From the human T2T-CHM13v2.0 reference genome, Homo sapiens: a stretch of DNA of 64,000 nucleotides. Shown piece by piece: positions 1 to 12,419 of this stretch (position 1 is the first letter of the stretch; every line of letters starts with the position of its first letter). Location of the stretch: the NCBI RefSeq assembly GCF_009914755.1, contig NC_060944.1. One strand, 5' to 3'. A model generated the notes under the pieces. The model searched no databases, was not told the origin of the DNA, and saw nothing but the letters and a program-made list of their open reading frames with translations. The translations under genes and the position numbers were made by a program.

Positions 1-129
1 AAAATTAGAATTTCAAACACACTTCAAAAACCCTCACAGAAGAGATGGTTCACTTATAGTAAATCTAAGCTACCAATTTTCCTAATACATGATATGACAC
101 TCAAGGAAGTTTCTCTGGGTACCCATATG

Positions 130-600
130 CTTTTGTTAACATCTCAGGAATCGGGCTAGGTGCTGAGGGTGGAGATGAATAACACAGCCTTGTTTCCAAG
201 AGCTCAGCATCTTGTTGAGGAGACAGACATGTAAACAAAATCAATGAAGTATTATAAGAAGAATGTATAAGGCCCTGTTCCAGCCCAGTAAGAGAATGAG
301 TAAGTCTGCCTGGAGGGTGGGAGGAGAGACAGCTGAGGCTTTCCCAAAAATGCAAGGTTGGAAGCCTATGTCTTCAGTATTAAGGAGCAGCTTGCCATCC
401 CAGGATGGGCAGGGGCCGGTGGCCTGGAAAGGAAGTGGGAATATTCCAGTCCGAGGGAAGTTCTGTGCAGAAACTGAACAGACCTGAGAACCCTGGGAGG
501 TTTGGTATGAGCATGCAGAGGAAGTTGGTGATGGGGTGGGGATAATGTAGAAATTGGTCTCAATATGAAAGTACCTGTGACCTCATTGAAGGAAGCTTTT
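130..600 (-). mobile_element. L2 LINE fragment (old, degenerate)
   Basis: gctaggtgctgagggtggagatgaataacacagcc...gagctcagcatcttg...gagacagacatgtaaac resembles the antisense L2 3' region; boundaries approximate. Confidence 0.5.
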
Positions 601-1219
601 GGCCTTTGCTTATATGGGACAAGCACTTAATGCAGGAGTTTGTCCTATATCTGGGAACCACAGAAGCTGCAATCCTGGGTATAAAATTGTTACTCGAGTC
701 CAGTACACTCGAATTGGGCAAATATAAGGGATGTGTTCCCAGAATTATAAAAACTCAGTATTTATTTCCCATTATATTTTGCAACCACCAACTGACTACT
801 AATAAGAATTACTATTTTCAAGGTACTTTACCATTAAAGAGAAAAATTTACAGCCATTTTCACCTATGCTTTTCATGGCCTTATAGTAACCATGTTAAAG
901 TAGGTGTTATTGGCTGAGCTTTCTAGAAAAAGACATTTCTTAGAGAGGCAAAACAACTATTCAACATCACACAGCTTATGAAGTAGCAGACCTAAGACTC
1001 AAACACACACCTTTTTATTATAAATCTCATGATTTTATACTACGATATATCAATTTACTGAGCAAAAGTATAACTCTAAACAAACAGACACAATTAGAGA
1101 CCAGCAACTATACCACAAAGCTCTGTCACAATCTCGAAGAGACATTCAAGAGGGAAATTTTACAATTTCTGTATTTGTCAAAATAGGCTTAACTAGGCTG
1201 CGGTTACAGAAAAATAGGC

Positions 1220-1252
1220 AAAACAAAAACAAAAACAAAAAAACAAAAAAAC
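1220..1252 (+). repeat. (CAAAAA)n A-rich simple repeat
   Basis: aaaacaaaaacaaaaacaaaaaaacaaaaaaac seen directly. Confidence 0.8.
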
Positions 1253-1439
1253 ACCACAACGATAAAGAATGAGTGTCTAGGACTTACTACAGTAGGAGAA
1301 TACTTTTTGCTCACTTCACAGTGTGACGCAGTTTGGACAGCACTCCTGGGCGTCTCTCCTGCCCATGGCAACTCAAGGCCCAGGCTATTTCCACCTTGGG
1401 GCCACACCTTCTATGGCTGCAAAGTTGCCCTGACTGCAT

Positions 1440-1605
1440 CTAGCCAGCAAATGTGACTGTGTAAAAACATCTCGATGTGGCTCTTGGCCTAGCCACATGC
1501 CTTGCTTTGGACAATGAGATATTAACAACTGTGGAGCCAACAAAGGCTTGAAAAAGCCCTGCATACCTGGCCTTGCTTCTCCTTGTACCCTAGCCACCTA
1601 GACCA
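1440..1605. mobile_element. MLT1-type MaLR LTR fragment
   Basis: tgctttggacaatgagatattaacaac...aaaggcttgaaaaag...ccttgcttctcc resembles MLT1 LTR core. Confidence 0.45.
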
Positions 1606-3428
1606 ATGTTCTGCCAAATGAAAAATATTCTCCTTAACACCAGAACGTCGTGTGCTGTGAGGAGAATAAATGTGGCCATTAGTGATTGACTTCAGTTCTC
1701 TTTATTGTATGTGTTCATAAATGTGTGGACAAAATGTTTTGCGATCTTGACGGCTTTTGTACAAACATCAGTTGTTTCTTATATTATAATTATCATCCTA
1801 ATCGTTATAATGTCTAGGCCAACTGTACTACTGAATTAATATTCTAAGACTCAGGAATAGCTGATGCAATCAAATGAAGATGGGTGAAAAATAAAAATGG
1901 CACACATTTCCTAAAAACCATGTGTTATTAACTGAACTAAATTAATTATGCCCTACTTTAGGTTATTTGGGTAGATGGTGGCAGCCACTAAAAAGAGTTC
2001 GAGGTAAGTGAGTGTTAGTTACTCTCCCACAACTTCACTGCCAGGCTATATAATAAAATCAGGCCTTAAACCAAATTTCATCACACATGTGGACATTAAT
2101 TTATAAAAGCAGTTCATAAAACTTGTCTATAAATTTGATGACATTCCAGCTCTCTGTTCTTGTAGGTGCCCCAACCACTACTTGCATGTTAGTTCATTTC
2201 AGGGAGACATAACATTCCAGAGATCTTTTCTTCTGGAATTGGGCTCAGGTATCCTCTAAAACTAATGGCTGGATACAGCATCACTTAGCAACTGAGCCCT
2301 CTATTTATACTCAATGAATTCAAATTCTCTGTTTATGTATGATTGGGAATGTATCTAATATATCTATAGTCTTCAATTTTGCCCATTTCTGGTACTCACC
2401 TTGCTTGTCAACAAGCCACTTGCTTTCACCAATATTTCTCACATTCAGTTTACTGACTAGAAAAGCCACGATCAAGATAGAGGTAAGAGATGAGCTTGTG
2501 GCAGCTGCCCCTGCAGTCTGGCACTCTGTGATTAGTGCCAACCCAGCACCCCTGGGATCTGCATTTTTGATTAGGATAATTGACTATCACTAGAGATAAA
2601 ACTGAAACTAACTGACAAGCACATAATATCACACTGAAAATGCTGATGCACTTTGACACATCTCATGGGTATGGTAATGCCATGTCACTTGGGAATTAGA
2701 TCTTCATTCGTACTGTCTCCAAACATCATTCAGAGCTCTCCTTGGAGCTCTTTATCATACCACTAACTATTTTCATGGTGACATGTTCGATAATGTGGCA
2801 TAGAAATACATATTCCATGCTTGATGCAACCTCAAAATTCAAATTTTAAAAAGCCATTTCAGTTTTAGACATACCTCTGTAAGGTGTGGATGTTAGGCTA
2901 GATTTCTATGCAAAGAAAGGTAACAAGAATTGGGGGTACATTAATTTCCAGATATCTTGATAACCTGGCAGAGGTCCTAGCTGCAGAGTTAACTTCTTCC
3001 CTGGCAAGAAGGAAGGTATTTTATGAGACTGATTGGGTTGGATCTTGCTGTAGCTCATTGCCTGGGAGGAAACAGAAAGCTTTGTGTCTCTCAGGTATAC
3101 ACCCTTCAACAGTCAAACTCCTTTTCTGACCCATGGAGATGTGGTAACTTGCAGCAGCTCTAAACCAGGATTATGACTCCCACGCTGACATTAGCAATTG
3201 ATTGAAATGCGGTTTCAGGCTAGGGCAGGAGGAAATAGCACAGAACAATACAGCCAAGTTCATTGTGCTAACTGCACTGCAGCTCCCTGAGAAGCAGGTG
3301 TGAGCTGAATAGAAAGGATATTATTGGCTCAAGCTTCCTCTGGGTGGTGTAGAAAGGAGAGCATGTGGTATATCTATCAACCTCACCTGACTCATAACTG
3401 ATTTCCCCCATTTTTTTCTCAAATTCAG

Positions 3429-3483
3429 TCCTCTTCCCTCTCCTTTCTCTCTCTGTCTCTCTCTGTCTCTCCCTCTCTCTCTC
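3429..3483 (+). repeat. (TC)n pyrimidine microsatellite
   Basis: ctctctctgtctctctctgtctctccctctctctctc. Confidence 0.85.
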
Positions 3484-3699
3484 GTTTTACCTGTCTGATT
3501 GGCAGTTGTTCAGATTTCCATAGAAAAACATTGGGGAAATAGTGCTCCAGAATCCAAACAAATGTAGCTCCCATCTCAAAACACAAAGCGGGAAGAATTG
3601 ACTCATAGGCAGTGCCGAAGTTGGGAAGTAGAAGGAGAAAGGAAAGAATGAAAAACTTTTGTGGGCTTGTTCTCTGCCAACCCAAATGTAGACGCTTTA

Positions 3700-3870
3700 T
3701 ATTTGTTAATACATGTGTCTCACAAAATCCCTGGTGGTTAGGGATCAGTATCACAATTCAATAGGTGAAAAAAAAACTGAAGATCAAGGTATTTAAGTAA
3801 CTTACCTATAGTGCCCAGGTGGTAAATGATGGAAATGGGATTCAAGACCAAGTTCCTTCATTCAAGCAAG
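3700..3870 (-). mobile_element. MIR SINE
   Basis: aaaactgaagatcaaggtatttaagtaacttacctatagtgcccaggtggtaaatgatggaaatgggattcaagacc matches antisense MIR core. Confidence 0.6.
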
Positions 3871-4059
3871 CGGCTCCATCATCCTCTTCCTTTTCATCAC
3901 CTGCTCTTGTGACAGCAACTGTGCTTGATTTGCTTTATTCATTCAGCTAATATTTATTAGGCAAAAGTTATACGACAGACACTGCATGGTAGGGACTGAA
4001 GAGTTGCTGGTGCATTTTCTATTAAACACTCATTTCCTTTCGTTTTGCTTTGGAGAGCC

Positions 4060-4570
4060 TCTTTTCCTGAAACCCTGGTTCATGTGGATTGAGTGGGCCT
4101 AATTCTTTTTTTTTTTTAAGATGGAGTCTCACTCTATCGCCCAGGCTGGAGTGCAGTGGCGCCATCTCAGCTGAGTGGGCCTAATTCTGTCCTGTGGATC
4201 TGGAGGCAGTCAACATTCCTGGCCACATAAATTGGTTCAGTGATATGGATGTGAACCAATCCATATCATTGAGTATTAGGCAAGGAACTTTTTCTTTTTC
4301 TCTGAAACTATTAGAAAAGAAAAGCATTTTTTGTTAGGATAGCTAAGGTGATGGAACTTAAACCTAGACTGCTGCTAGCCATCTTTCTGAAACATGGCAA
4401 GGGATTTCTTGAGAATGAAGTGCAGATGGGAAAAGTGCAGAGCCAAGAGATGAGGAGAAAGCACCATTTGGGTGCCTTAATCCTGACTAACCTGAACCTG
4501 GGACTTGAATCCCTGAGGCTTTTCAGTTATAAGAGTTCTTTTTTTTTTTTTTTTCTAGCTTAAGTTGGTT
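4060..4570. mobile_element. MLT1-type MaLR solo LTR
   Basis: ggccacataaattggttcagtgatatggatgtgaaccaa...gctgctagccatctt...cttaagttggtttc typical of MLT1 LTRs. Confidence 0.55.
4107..4171 (-). mobile_element. Severely 5'-truncated Alu (last ~54 nt plus poly-A) with perfect 17-bp TSD
   Basis: poly-T then agatggagtctcactctatcgcccaggctggagtgcagtggcgccatctcagc; flanked by TGAGTGGGCCTAATTCT at 4090-4106 and 4172-4188. Confidence 0.92.
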
Positions 4571-5814
4571 TCATGCCTTATTTCAAGAGAAGGGTGATGT
4601 CTGGCCATTATGCAAGGGTAATCAACACAGACTGGATATCTGATTTCACAAAGACTATAGTCTAGTAGGGAGATGGGCAGTAATAAACTACTCACCAAAA
4701 TGACTAGTATTACAATTTATAGGTGCCCTGAGGAAAGGGACATTTTCTCTTTATCTTTAAAAGTATATCACAAAACTTTTCCTGGGAGGTGAATCAGGGA
4801 ATTCTTTCCTATAAAAATTACCAGATATATGATAGATAAAAAGGATTTAAGTAGATGGAATTTGGATAAAATGTGGTTCAGATAGAGGGAACGGATACGC
4901 AAAAGGGATAATTGTGTATCTAATAAAATGAATTAATTTCAAGGTACTTGGTAGAAAAATAGTATAAGAGAGGGCTGAAAAGAGCCAAGTCCTATATGAC
5001 CCCATAGACTGTAGAAAAAAAATTAAAGCCCTACCTTAAGAGAAACAAGAAGCCGTGGCAAGTTTTTCATCATGCTAACATAATCAGACTTGATTTTTGA
5101 AATGTAACCTACAGTGAGGATAGAGCAAAGGTAGCTACGGTGGATGTCAGAAAACCAGTTAGAAAACTACTGCAGTGGACTAGGTAACAGGGGATAGTAT
5201 CTTGAATTGGGAAGGGATGTCAGAAGCTCTCCACTTCAGGAGAGCTAAAGTGGTTTGGGAGATATTTTAAAGGTGAATTTGGTGGGAGAGGAAGCAGAGA
5301 GAAGGGGAAGTAAGGGATGATTCTTAGTTATCCAGCTGTGCAACTAGATAGAAGATGTCCTCCTTTAATGATATAGAGATCAACAGTAGAACAAGGCCTA
5401 AGCCATTGGTTAAAGGAATAAATTCAAGCTCAATCCTGTTGAGCTAGAAGTGCCTTTGAGATATGTAAGTGGAAATGTTGAATAGGCACGTAAAATTAAG
5501 TGTCTGTGTTTGGAGCTTAGACAATAAGGTTTTAGATAGAGAAAAAAAATATATGGGAGGAACTGATGTCATGGATTGAGGCTAATTGAAGCTGTGGGTG
5601 TAAATGAAGTAGCTCAGGAAAAAAATATGGACTAAGGATTGCTGTGAGTCTAGAGATGAGCTGTGTGATACTCTAATATTTATCTGGTATTAAAAATAAT
5701 TTTCATGAAGACATAAAATCATAACTTTTATAAACATGTAAATGAACACAAGTTAAAGACTTTAGTGACTTATTATTAATAATGGAACAAGGTAGATCTT
5801 ACAACATGATTTAA

Positions 5815-7480
5815 TCTTCATATTGATCTACAGATTCAACACAATTCCTATTGAAATCTCAACTGGCTTTTTCTTTTTTTATTTTTATTTTTTTTAGAAA
5901 TTGACAAACTGACCCTAAAATTCATATGGAAATGTAGAGGACTCCAAATACACAAAACAACCTTCCAAAACACGAAAGAAATTTGAAAGACATACATTTT
6001 CCAATTTCAAAGCTTACTACAAAGCTATAGTAACTAAGACTCTATGGTATTGACATGAGGATAGACATATGAATCAATAGAACAGAATTGACAGACCAGA
6101 AATAAACTAACATTTATAGTCAATCGATTATCAACAAAGTGAGCAAGCAATTTGTTGGAGAAATAAGAGCCTTTTCAACAAATTATGCTGGTACAACTGG
6201 ATATCTACATGCAAAATAATGAATTTGGGTGCCTATCTTACACTATATGCACAAATAACTCAAAGTGAATCACAGACCTAACTATAAGAGCTAAAACTAT
6301 AAAACTATGAGAATAACACATAGGTGTAAATTGTGAAGTTAGATCAGACAGTGCTTTCTTATATATGACACCAAAGTGTCAATAGAAAAAATAGGTAAAC
6401 TAGACTTCATCAAAATTAAAAACGTTTGTGTTTCAAACTACGCAATTAATAAAGTGAAAGATAGTATCTAGTCTTGGAGAACATACTGACCAATCACGTA
6501 TCTGATTAAGAACTTGTACCTAGAATATATAAATAACTCTTAAAACTAAATAACAAAAAGCCAAATAATTCAATTACAAAATGGGCAAAGGATTCAAATA
6601 GATAGTTCTCTGAAGAAGATATGCAAACAGACATTAAGCATATAAAAGGATGCTCAATATCATTAGTCATTAGTGAAATGCAAAACAAAACCACAGAAGG
6701 TATTACTTCATACCCCTCAGGTTGTCTATAATAAAAAAGACAGACAATAGCAAGTGTTGGCATGGACATGGGAAATTGGCATTACCATACATTTCTGTGG
6801 GAATGTAAAATGGTGCAATTGTACATACTGCATTTTGGCAGTTTTTTAAAATGTCAAATATACAGTTACCGTATGGGCTAGCAATTCCTAAATATATACC
6901 CAAGAAAAATAAGAACATATGTCATACAAACTCTTGTACACTCATGTTCATAGCAGCATTATTCATAATAGCAAAAAGTAAAAACAATACAAATGTCTAC
7001 TAGTTGATAATAAATAAAATGTGGTTTTATATATACAATGAAATATAATTTAGCCATTAAAAAGTAGTGAACTATTTATACATGCTACAAAATGGATTAA
7101 TCTAAAAAATATTATACTATAAAGGAAGCCAGTCAGAAAAAAAACATATATAGTATGTATCCATTTATATGAATTGTCTACAATAGGCGAATCTATAGAA
7201 ACAGAAATTAGACTAGTGTTTGTCAAGGCCCTGGGGTGAGATTTGGGGCAGGTGTTTGGTGAGCCATTGCTAATGGCTACAAAGTTTTTTTTTGTGTTGG
7301 AAATTTAAAAATCAAACAAACAAAAACCTCGTACCATCTAAAATGTTGGAAATATTCTAAAAATGATTTTGTTGATGATTGCACAACTCTATAAATATAT
7401 AAAAATATTGAATTGTACACTTGAAAAATGGGTGAATTTTATGGTATATAAATTTTGTTTCAGTAAAGCTGTAAAAAATG
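5815..7480 (+). mobile_element. L1M (L1MB/MC-type) 3' part: end of ORF2 plus 3'UTR, degenerate
   Basis: gatctacagattcaacacaattcctat...tacaaagctatagtaactaagac...gaaatgcaaaacaaaaccaca...catgttcatagcagcattattcataatagc, ending cagtaaagctgtaaaaaa. Confidence 0.85.
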
Positions 7481-7759
7481 AGTACAAATCAAAATAATAG
7501 ACTATTGGTCAAGTATACTGAATACACAGAAATGAAATTGCAATTTGCTCAAATCTGGCTTTTTCACAGGAAAGGGGTTGTTCATCCACATATAAAATTT
7601 ATTTGCATGTGTACAGACAAGAATTAATTGCATTGCCTTTAGTGCTGTACAGCATACAGAGTTATAAAATTGCTCTGCACAGGATTATGAAATAGCTTAA
7701 AGCAATGAAAGGTCCAGAGCCCCTCATAGAATCAGAATCAGATAATTCAGGAGAAAATT

Positions 7760-8215
7760 TTTTTTAGGTTTTTTTTTTCATTTGTATTGTGCTAAAATAC
7801 CTATAATGTAAAATTTACTATCTTAACCATTTTTAAGTGTAAAGTTCAGTAATATTAAATATAGTCATATTATTAGGCAAACATCACCACCATCCATCTC
7901 CAGAATTCTGTTCATCTTACAAAACTCAAACTCCATACCCGTCAACTCCCCATTCTCTTGTTCTTGCAGCCTTTGGCAATCACCATTCTACTTTCTGTCT
8001 CTATGATTTTGACCTCTCTAAGTACCTCATACAAGTAGAATAATAAAATATTTGTCTTTTTGTGACTGGCTTATTTCACTTAGCACAATATTCTCAAGGT
8101 TGTAGTATACTTCAGAATTTCTCGCCTTTTTATCGCTGAATAATAGTCTATTTTATGTGGATACTGCATTTTGCTTATCCATTCATCCATTGATAGACAC
8201 TTGGGTTGCTTCCAT
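7760..8215 (-). mobile_element. L1MB-type 3'UTR fragment
   Basis: poly-T then aaaatttactatcttaaccatttttaagtgtaaagttcagt...tttgtgactggcttatttcacttagca...gacacttgggttgcttcc. Confidence 0.85.
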
Positions 8216-8221
8216 TACTCA

Positions 8222-8410
8222 ATGCCTTTCCACAAGGTTCTATTGGCTAAAGCAAGTCTCGCGAGCTGGCTAAAGCAAGGCCAGCTCATATTTAAAGGGG
8301 ATGAAGAAATAGACTTTACCTGTCAATGAGAGGAGCTGCAAAGTCATGTTACAAGTTGTGTGGTTATATTGAGTGGAACAATTAGGGTCATTTTTGCAAA
8401 TAATTATCAT
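8222..8410. mobile_element. MLT1-type LTR fragment
   Basis: ctattggctaaagcaagtc...gaaatagactttacctgtcaatgagaggagctgcaaagtcatgttaca. Confidence 0.55.
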
Positions 8411-10319
8411 AATATCCTGTTTTTCTTCTTAAACTGTACCTAGATTTGCAATTGCATATTGATTAATGTGTTCTGGTTATTGTTGTTAATGCTAATCCCT
8501 CCCACCAGATGAAAGCCACAAAAGCGCCAAGACTGTGCTGGTTTTTATTTAAGTTGGATGTTTGTTCCTAGCCTATTTTTTTGGTGCATAAGACGCACTA
8601 AGTGAATGGTTAATTAATTACCCCCTGGCTAATTCCCCGGATTGATGCAAGCACTGGAAATAATGTTGGCAAGGTGACCGAGACAGATCTTGCAATTGAC
8701 TATCTAGTATCCACTGAGAAAAGGTATGGCTGATGACAGCTCAAATATATTGTTATATATGTACCACCAGTTGCCGGTTAGGTCAGCACAACTGGAGATA
8801 ATTCATAGACATACAAAATCACTTTAGAACATCTGAAAATCCTTTGGGAAAGAGGCTGAGGGCATGACGGTCCTGCTTGTGTTGACAACATTGATAAGTA
8901 GTTAAAAAGATTATTAAAAATATACATGCATGGACTACCCACTCTAAGATTTTGAGTTAACAGGTCTGGAGTGGGGCCCTGGTATCCACATTAAAGGCAG
9001 TTAAATGTTCCAGTTGCCTTTTCCCTCATGCTCCGAGGAATAGTTCAGTGCAGTCCTTTATGGGTACCAGCACCAATGGGTCATAGTTCTGAGTATCAGC
9101 TCTACAGGGCCACTTGTTTGCATTTCTGAGGAATCAGGAATAGTTAGAAAGCACCACCATCTCAAGGGCCTGGGTTGCAGCTTTGCAGGACTTTCCTGCA
9201 AAAAGTAGGACAGATAGCCGTCCCTGTATTTACTCTGTCTGTTGCATTAATGTTTCTGTTTTGCCTTTTCGTACTCACCCAATTTCCTACGTTAAGTACA
9301 TTCTGTTAAAATAGCTGGTATGGTTTTGGTTTTCCTGACCAAGCCTTGACTAATATACACATTAAACTTCAAATGCATTCATTTTCTTCCCTTGGAGTCA
9401 CCTGGCATAGTTTCCTGTACATGGTTCTCCCATTGAGGAAGGTGCTACATAGAATAAACCCTTGCCAGCATCACACCCTCACCCACACTGATTGTTTGGA
9501 AAACCCCACCCAGATGATGTTGCTACACACCCTGGGGCCCAAAATATCCCTACCGACTTGTGGAACATGTTGTACACATATGACAATTCCAACAACAGAC
9601 ATCTGTTTTGAGATATTAGAGGTTAATCTATTTGGCCTACACAGATGGAGCCACATGAATGAAGGAGAGAAAAGCAATTTAGTCTCACTTGTTAGCAGTG
9701 ACTTGGCTGGGGAGTGAAGGGCCATCTAGGTCCCACCCTGTTGATTTCCGGAACAAAAGTAATTACATTGGCCAAAGCCAGGAAAATCTCACCCTCTATT
9801 TATAGCGTGTTTGATTCCCCAGAGACAGATGGAAGAACCTGAGTCTAAGCATGTACCTGATTCTATGATCTTCTTTTAAGATACTACAGTACTCTAATGG
9901 GCAAAAGTAGTACACGGTTACTCCCTGTACCAACAGATATTTCTTTGGGAGCTAAAGTTTAGTGAAGATATTGGGTCAAAAAACAGAACAGAAGTGGACA
10001 ACTGAGATTTGTTTTCCAATTTTTACATCCTTTTTTTTTTTCACATAAACATGAACTTTGTTTTAGCATCCTGATGCCTCAGTTCACCTACTTACAAAAC
10101 ATCTCTCAACCACATACATTAACGTATAGAACTGTTGAAAATCTAAGCAGGCCCAATATGAAACATAATTATTTAAGAAAAATGAGTTTACTAAAGTCTC
10201 CATTTGCCCCAAATCTATCAAATCCATTTGTATTATAGGATCTAGCTCAAATCCTATTTCCTCCAGGAAACCTTGCCAAATCCACAGCTAGAAGTAATAT
10301 GTTCTCCTCTTCAATCCCC

Positions 10320-10590
10320 ATGCATGTTGCTTTGGCCATGAAATGGGCAGAAGTGATAAGTGTAATTTCCTAGCAAAGGCTTGGGAACCAGCATATGCCT
10401 TTTCATAATTTCTTTTTTCTTTTTTCTTCTGCAATGGAACTAGTAATAGATGTATCTCAATCAGTCTGCACCTGTGAATAAAAACATCTAAACCAAACGC
10501 ACAGCCCTGGATGAGGTAGCATGGGCTACAAATAGAAAACCTTCACTGATGTAAGACATTGAAATTTGGGGCTAGTCTGACTGATACAAG
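10320..10590. mobile_element. MLT1-type LTR fragment
   Basis: ttgctttggccatgaaatgggcagaagtgataagtgtaatttcc...ctagtctgactgataca (LTR-like CA end). Confidence 0.55.
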
Positions 10591-12419
10591 CCATGTGGTA
10601 TGTTATATGTGATAGTACTGAATTAAAAAAAAAGCTTCCACCATTTACATGACTGGAGACATTGACACCAAGATATTTAACTTTCCTGGACCTCAGCTAT
10701 TCCATCTGCCAAATGGGAATAAAATCTTCTTGCCCGAAGGTAGAATGCTGGCTCTCTTGAAATTTATTTCTTCTCTGATATATGAAGCTGAATTCCTTAC
10801 TGTTTCAAGGTTCCTCCTAAGGAAAAAAAAATTACTTCTATTAGCAAAGATGTCCATTCTTCAGCAAAGCAAATGTCTAAGAAGTCATAGTTGTGAAGAC
10901 TTGTCTGCAGAAACAGGGAAACTTTCCAAAACATCAACTGCCACATCCATCCATCAGAAAACAAACAAACAAAACAACAGAATTAATGAGACACACAGAA
11001 CTGAGCTATAGTCCTATCGAAAAACTAAATTATGCAACAGCTGCAGTAACCCCAGATATTGTTTTTGTCTTCTCATTTTTTTAGATATGTACAATTGGCG
11101 GGAAGGTATTCATGTTTGGCATTTCTTTTTCTCATACTTTGGCCAAAGATGACAATTACCTGGAAAGAAGGGTAGCTATGCTCACCAGTAGGCATTTGTG
11201 CATGCTTCTAGCTGACCAATGCCAGAATAAATTTTTATAGGCACACTGAGAGTATTACATTCCAGGGGGTGTTTTCATAGAGCTCTTCTCAAAAAGTTGG
11301 CCTCTAGTTCCTCCCAGTACCTCATAAGTTGCCACACAAGGTAGATCAGCCTGACTGCCAATTTGAGCAACTGGCAATGCTTTGGTGGAAAACACCAAGC
11401 TAGTCTCTTCCCAGAGTAACATTTGATGGGGATTGGGTCAAATGGGCTATACTTTAGCTATATTAAATTTATTTTAGGTAAGCCTTCTCTCATTATAGAG
11501 TCTCAAAGGGGTTTGTTTTTTAATGCAATTTTCTTGCAAAATTAGGGCATTTGCCAAAATTATCATGGTGGAAATTTGGGGTTTCAGTTTTGAATTGACA
11601 AAATGGCTTTATATTCAGGAGGAATCCCACTACTATGAATGTCAAAGGTACCTGGATATTTTTTTCATCACCTCATGTCTGCTGGAGACTATGCTTAACA
11701 CTGAAATATGATCAATCAGAGACTGACTCCTACTTGGGACTGTGAATTCTAAGGATGTGATGAAATGGCACAGGGTCAGTAAGTCATTGTGATAGCCATT
11801 GTAGAGTTGATAGTTCAGTGATATTGAACTGTGTTCTGGGAATGGTTACTTAGCAGCACAGGGACAAATATATAGTGCAGCAGTGCAGGAGAACTGCCCA
11901 GAGATAATGGTACAAACACCATGATGGTACAAGTGGCCCTTCCTGGACCACTTGTCATGACCAGGTCTTGGCTAAGCCCTTGCTCCTCTTGATACCTCTT
12001 CAAGTCTCCTTTCCAGGGTTACTGAATGTTTTTGAGAATACATTGTTACCCTTACTTTCTACTTAAGTTAAAATAAGATCTTTTTTTTTTTTTGCCACCA
12101 AGTGCTTTGACTAATGTTTCATTTCTAATATTCTCAAGTTTCATTTTGAGAATTTTAATTTTAGAATTTCTCATGCATTGTTCTCCACGCTTTGCTCTTT
12201 TCTTAAAAGTCTCTTACTCATCTCTTGAAGTTTTATCAAAACCTCATTTAACACTGGGACAGTAGGATCGTGTTTACATTTTATTTGGTATGCTAAATAT
12301 GTAAATTTAATTCTGTTCAATGAATCTATTTAAAAAGTCTATGTATACCTTTTGAAATCTCTCATGGTACTTGAGTTTTAAAATATTAATAGTATTTTAA
12401 GAAAATCATTCTAAAATAT

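Larger units (their letters stand above)
3935..5680 (-). mobile_element. L2 LINE, interrupted by an MLT1 LTR (~4060-4570)
   Basis: ttattcattcagctaatatttattagg (antisense L2 3' end), continued at 4640-5680 by L2-like sequence (gttgagctagaagtgcctttgagatatgtaagtggaaatgttgaataggca). Confidence 0.6.

Noticed and set aside
2000-2490. Strong splice-donor-like motifs (GAG|GTAAGT ~2003, minus-strand AAG|GTGAGT ~2394-2402, GAG|GTAAGA ~2481)
   Set aside because: No consistent acceptor, exon chain or coding signal; such motifs are common by chance. A lncRNA exon cannot be excluded without RNA data.
9346-11084. 120-123 aa ORFs in semi-unique sequence
   Set aside because: No recognisable domain, the first has a non-ATG start, the second overlaps a MIR-like remnant, and lengths are compatible with chance
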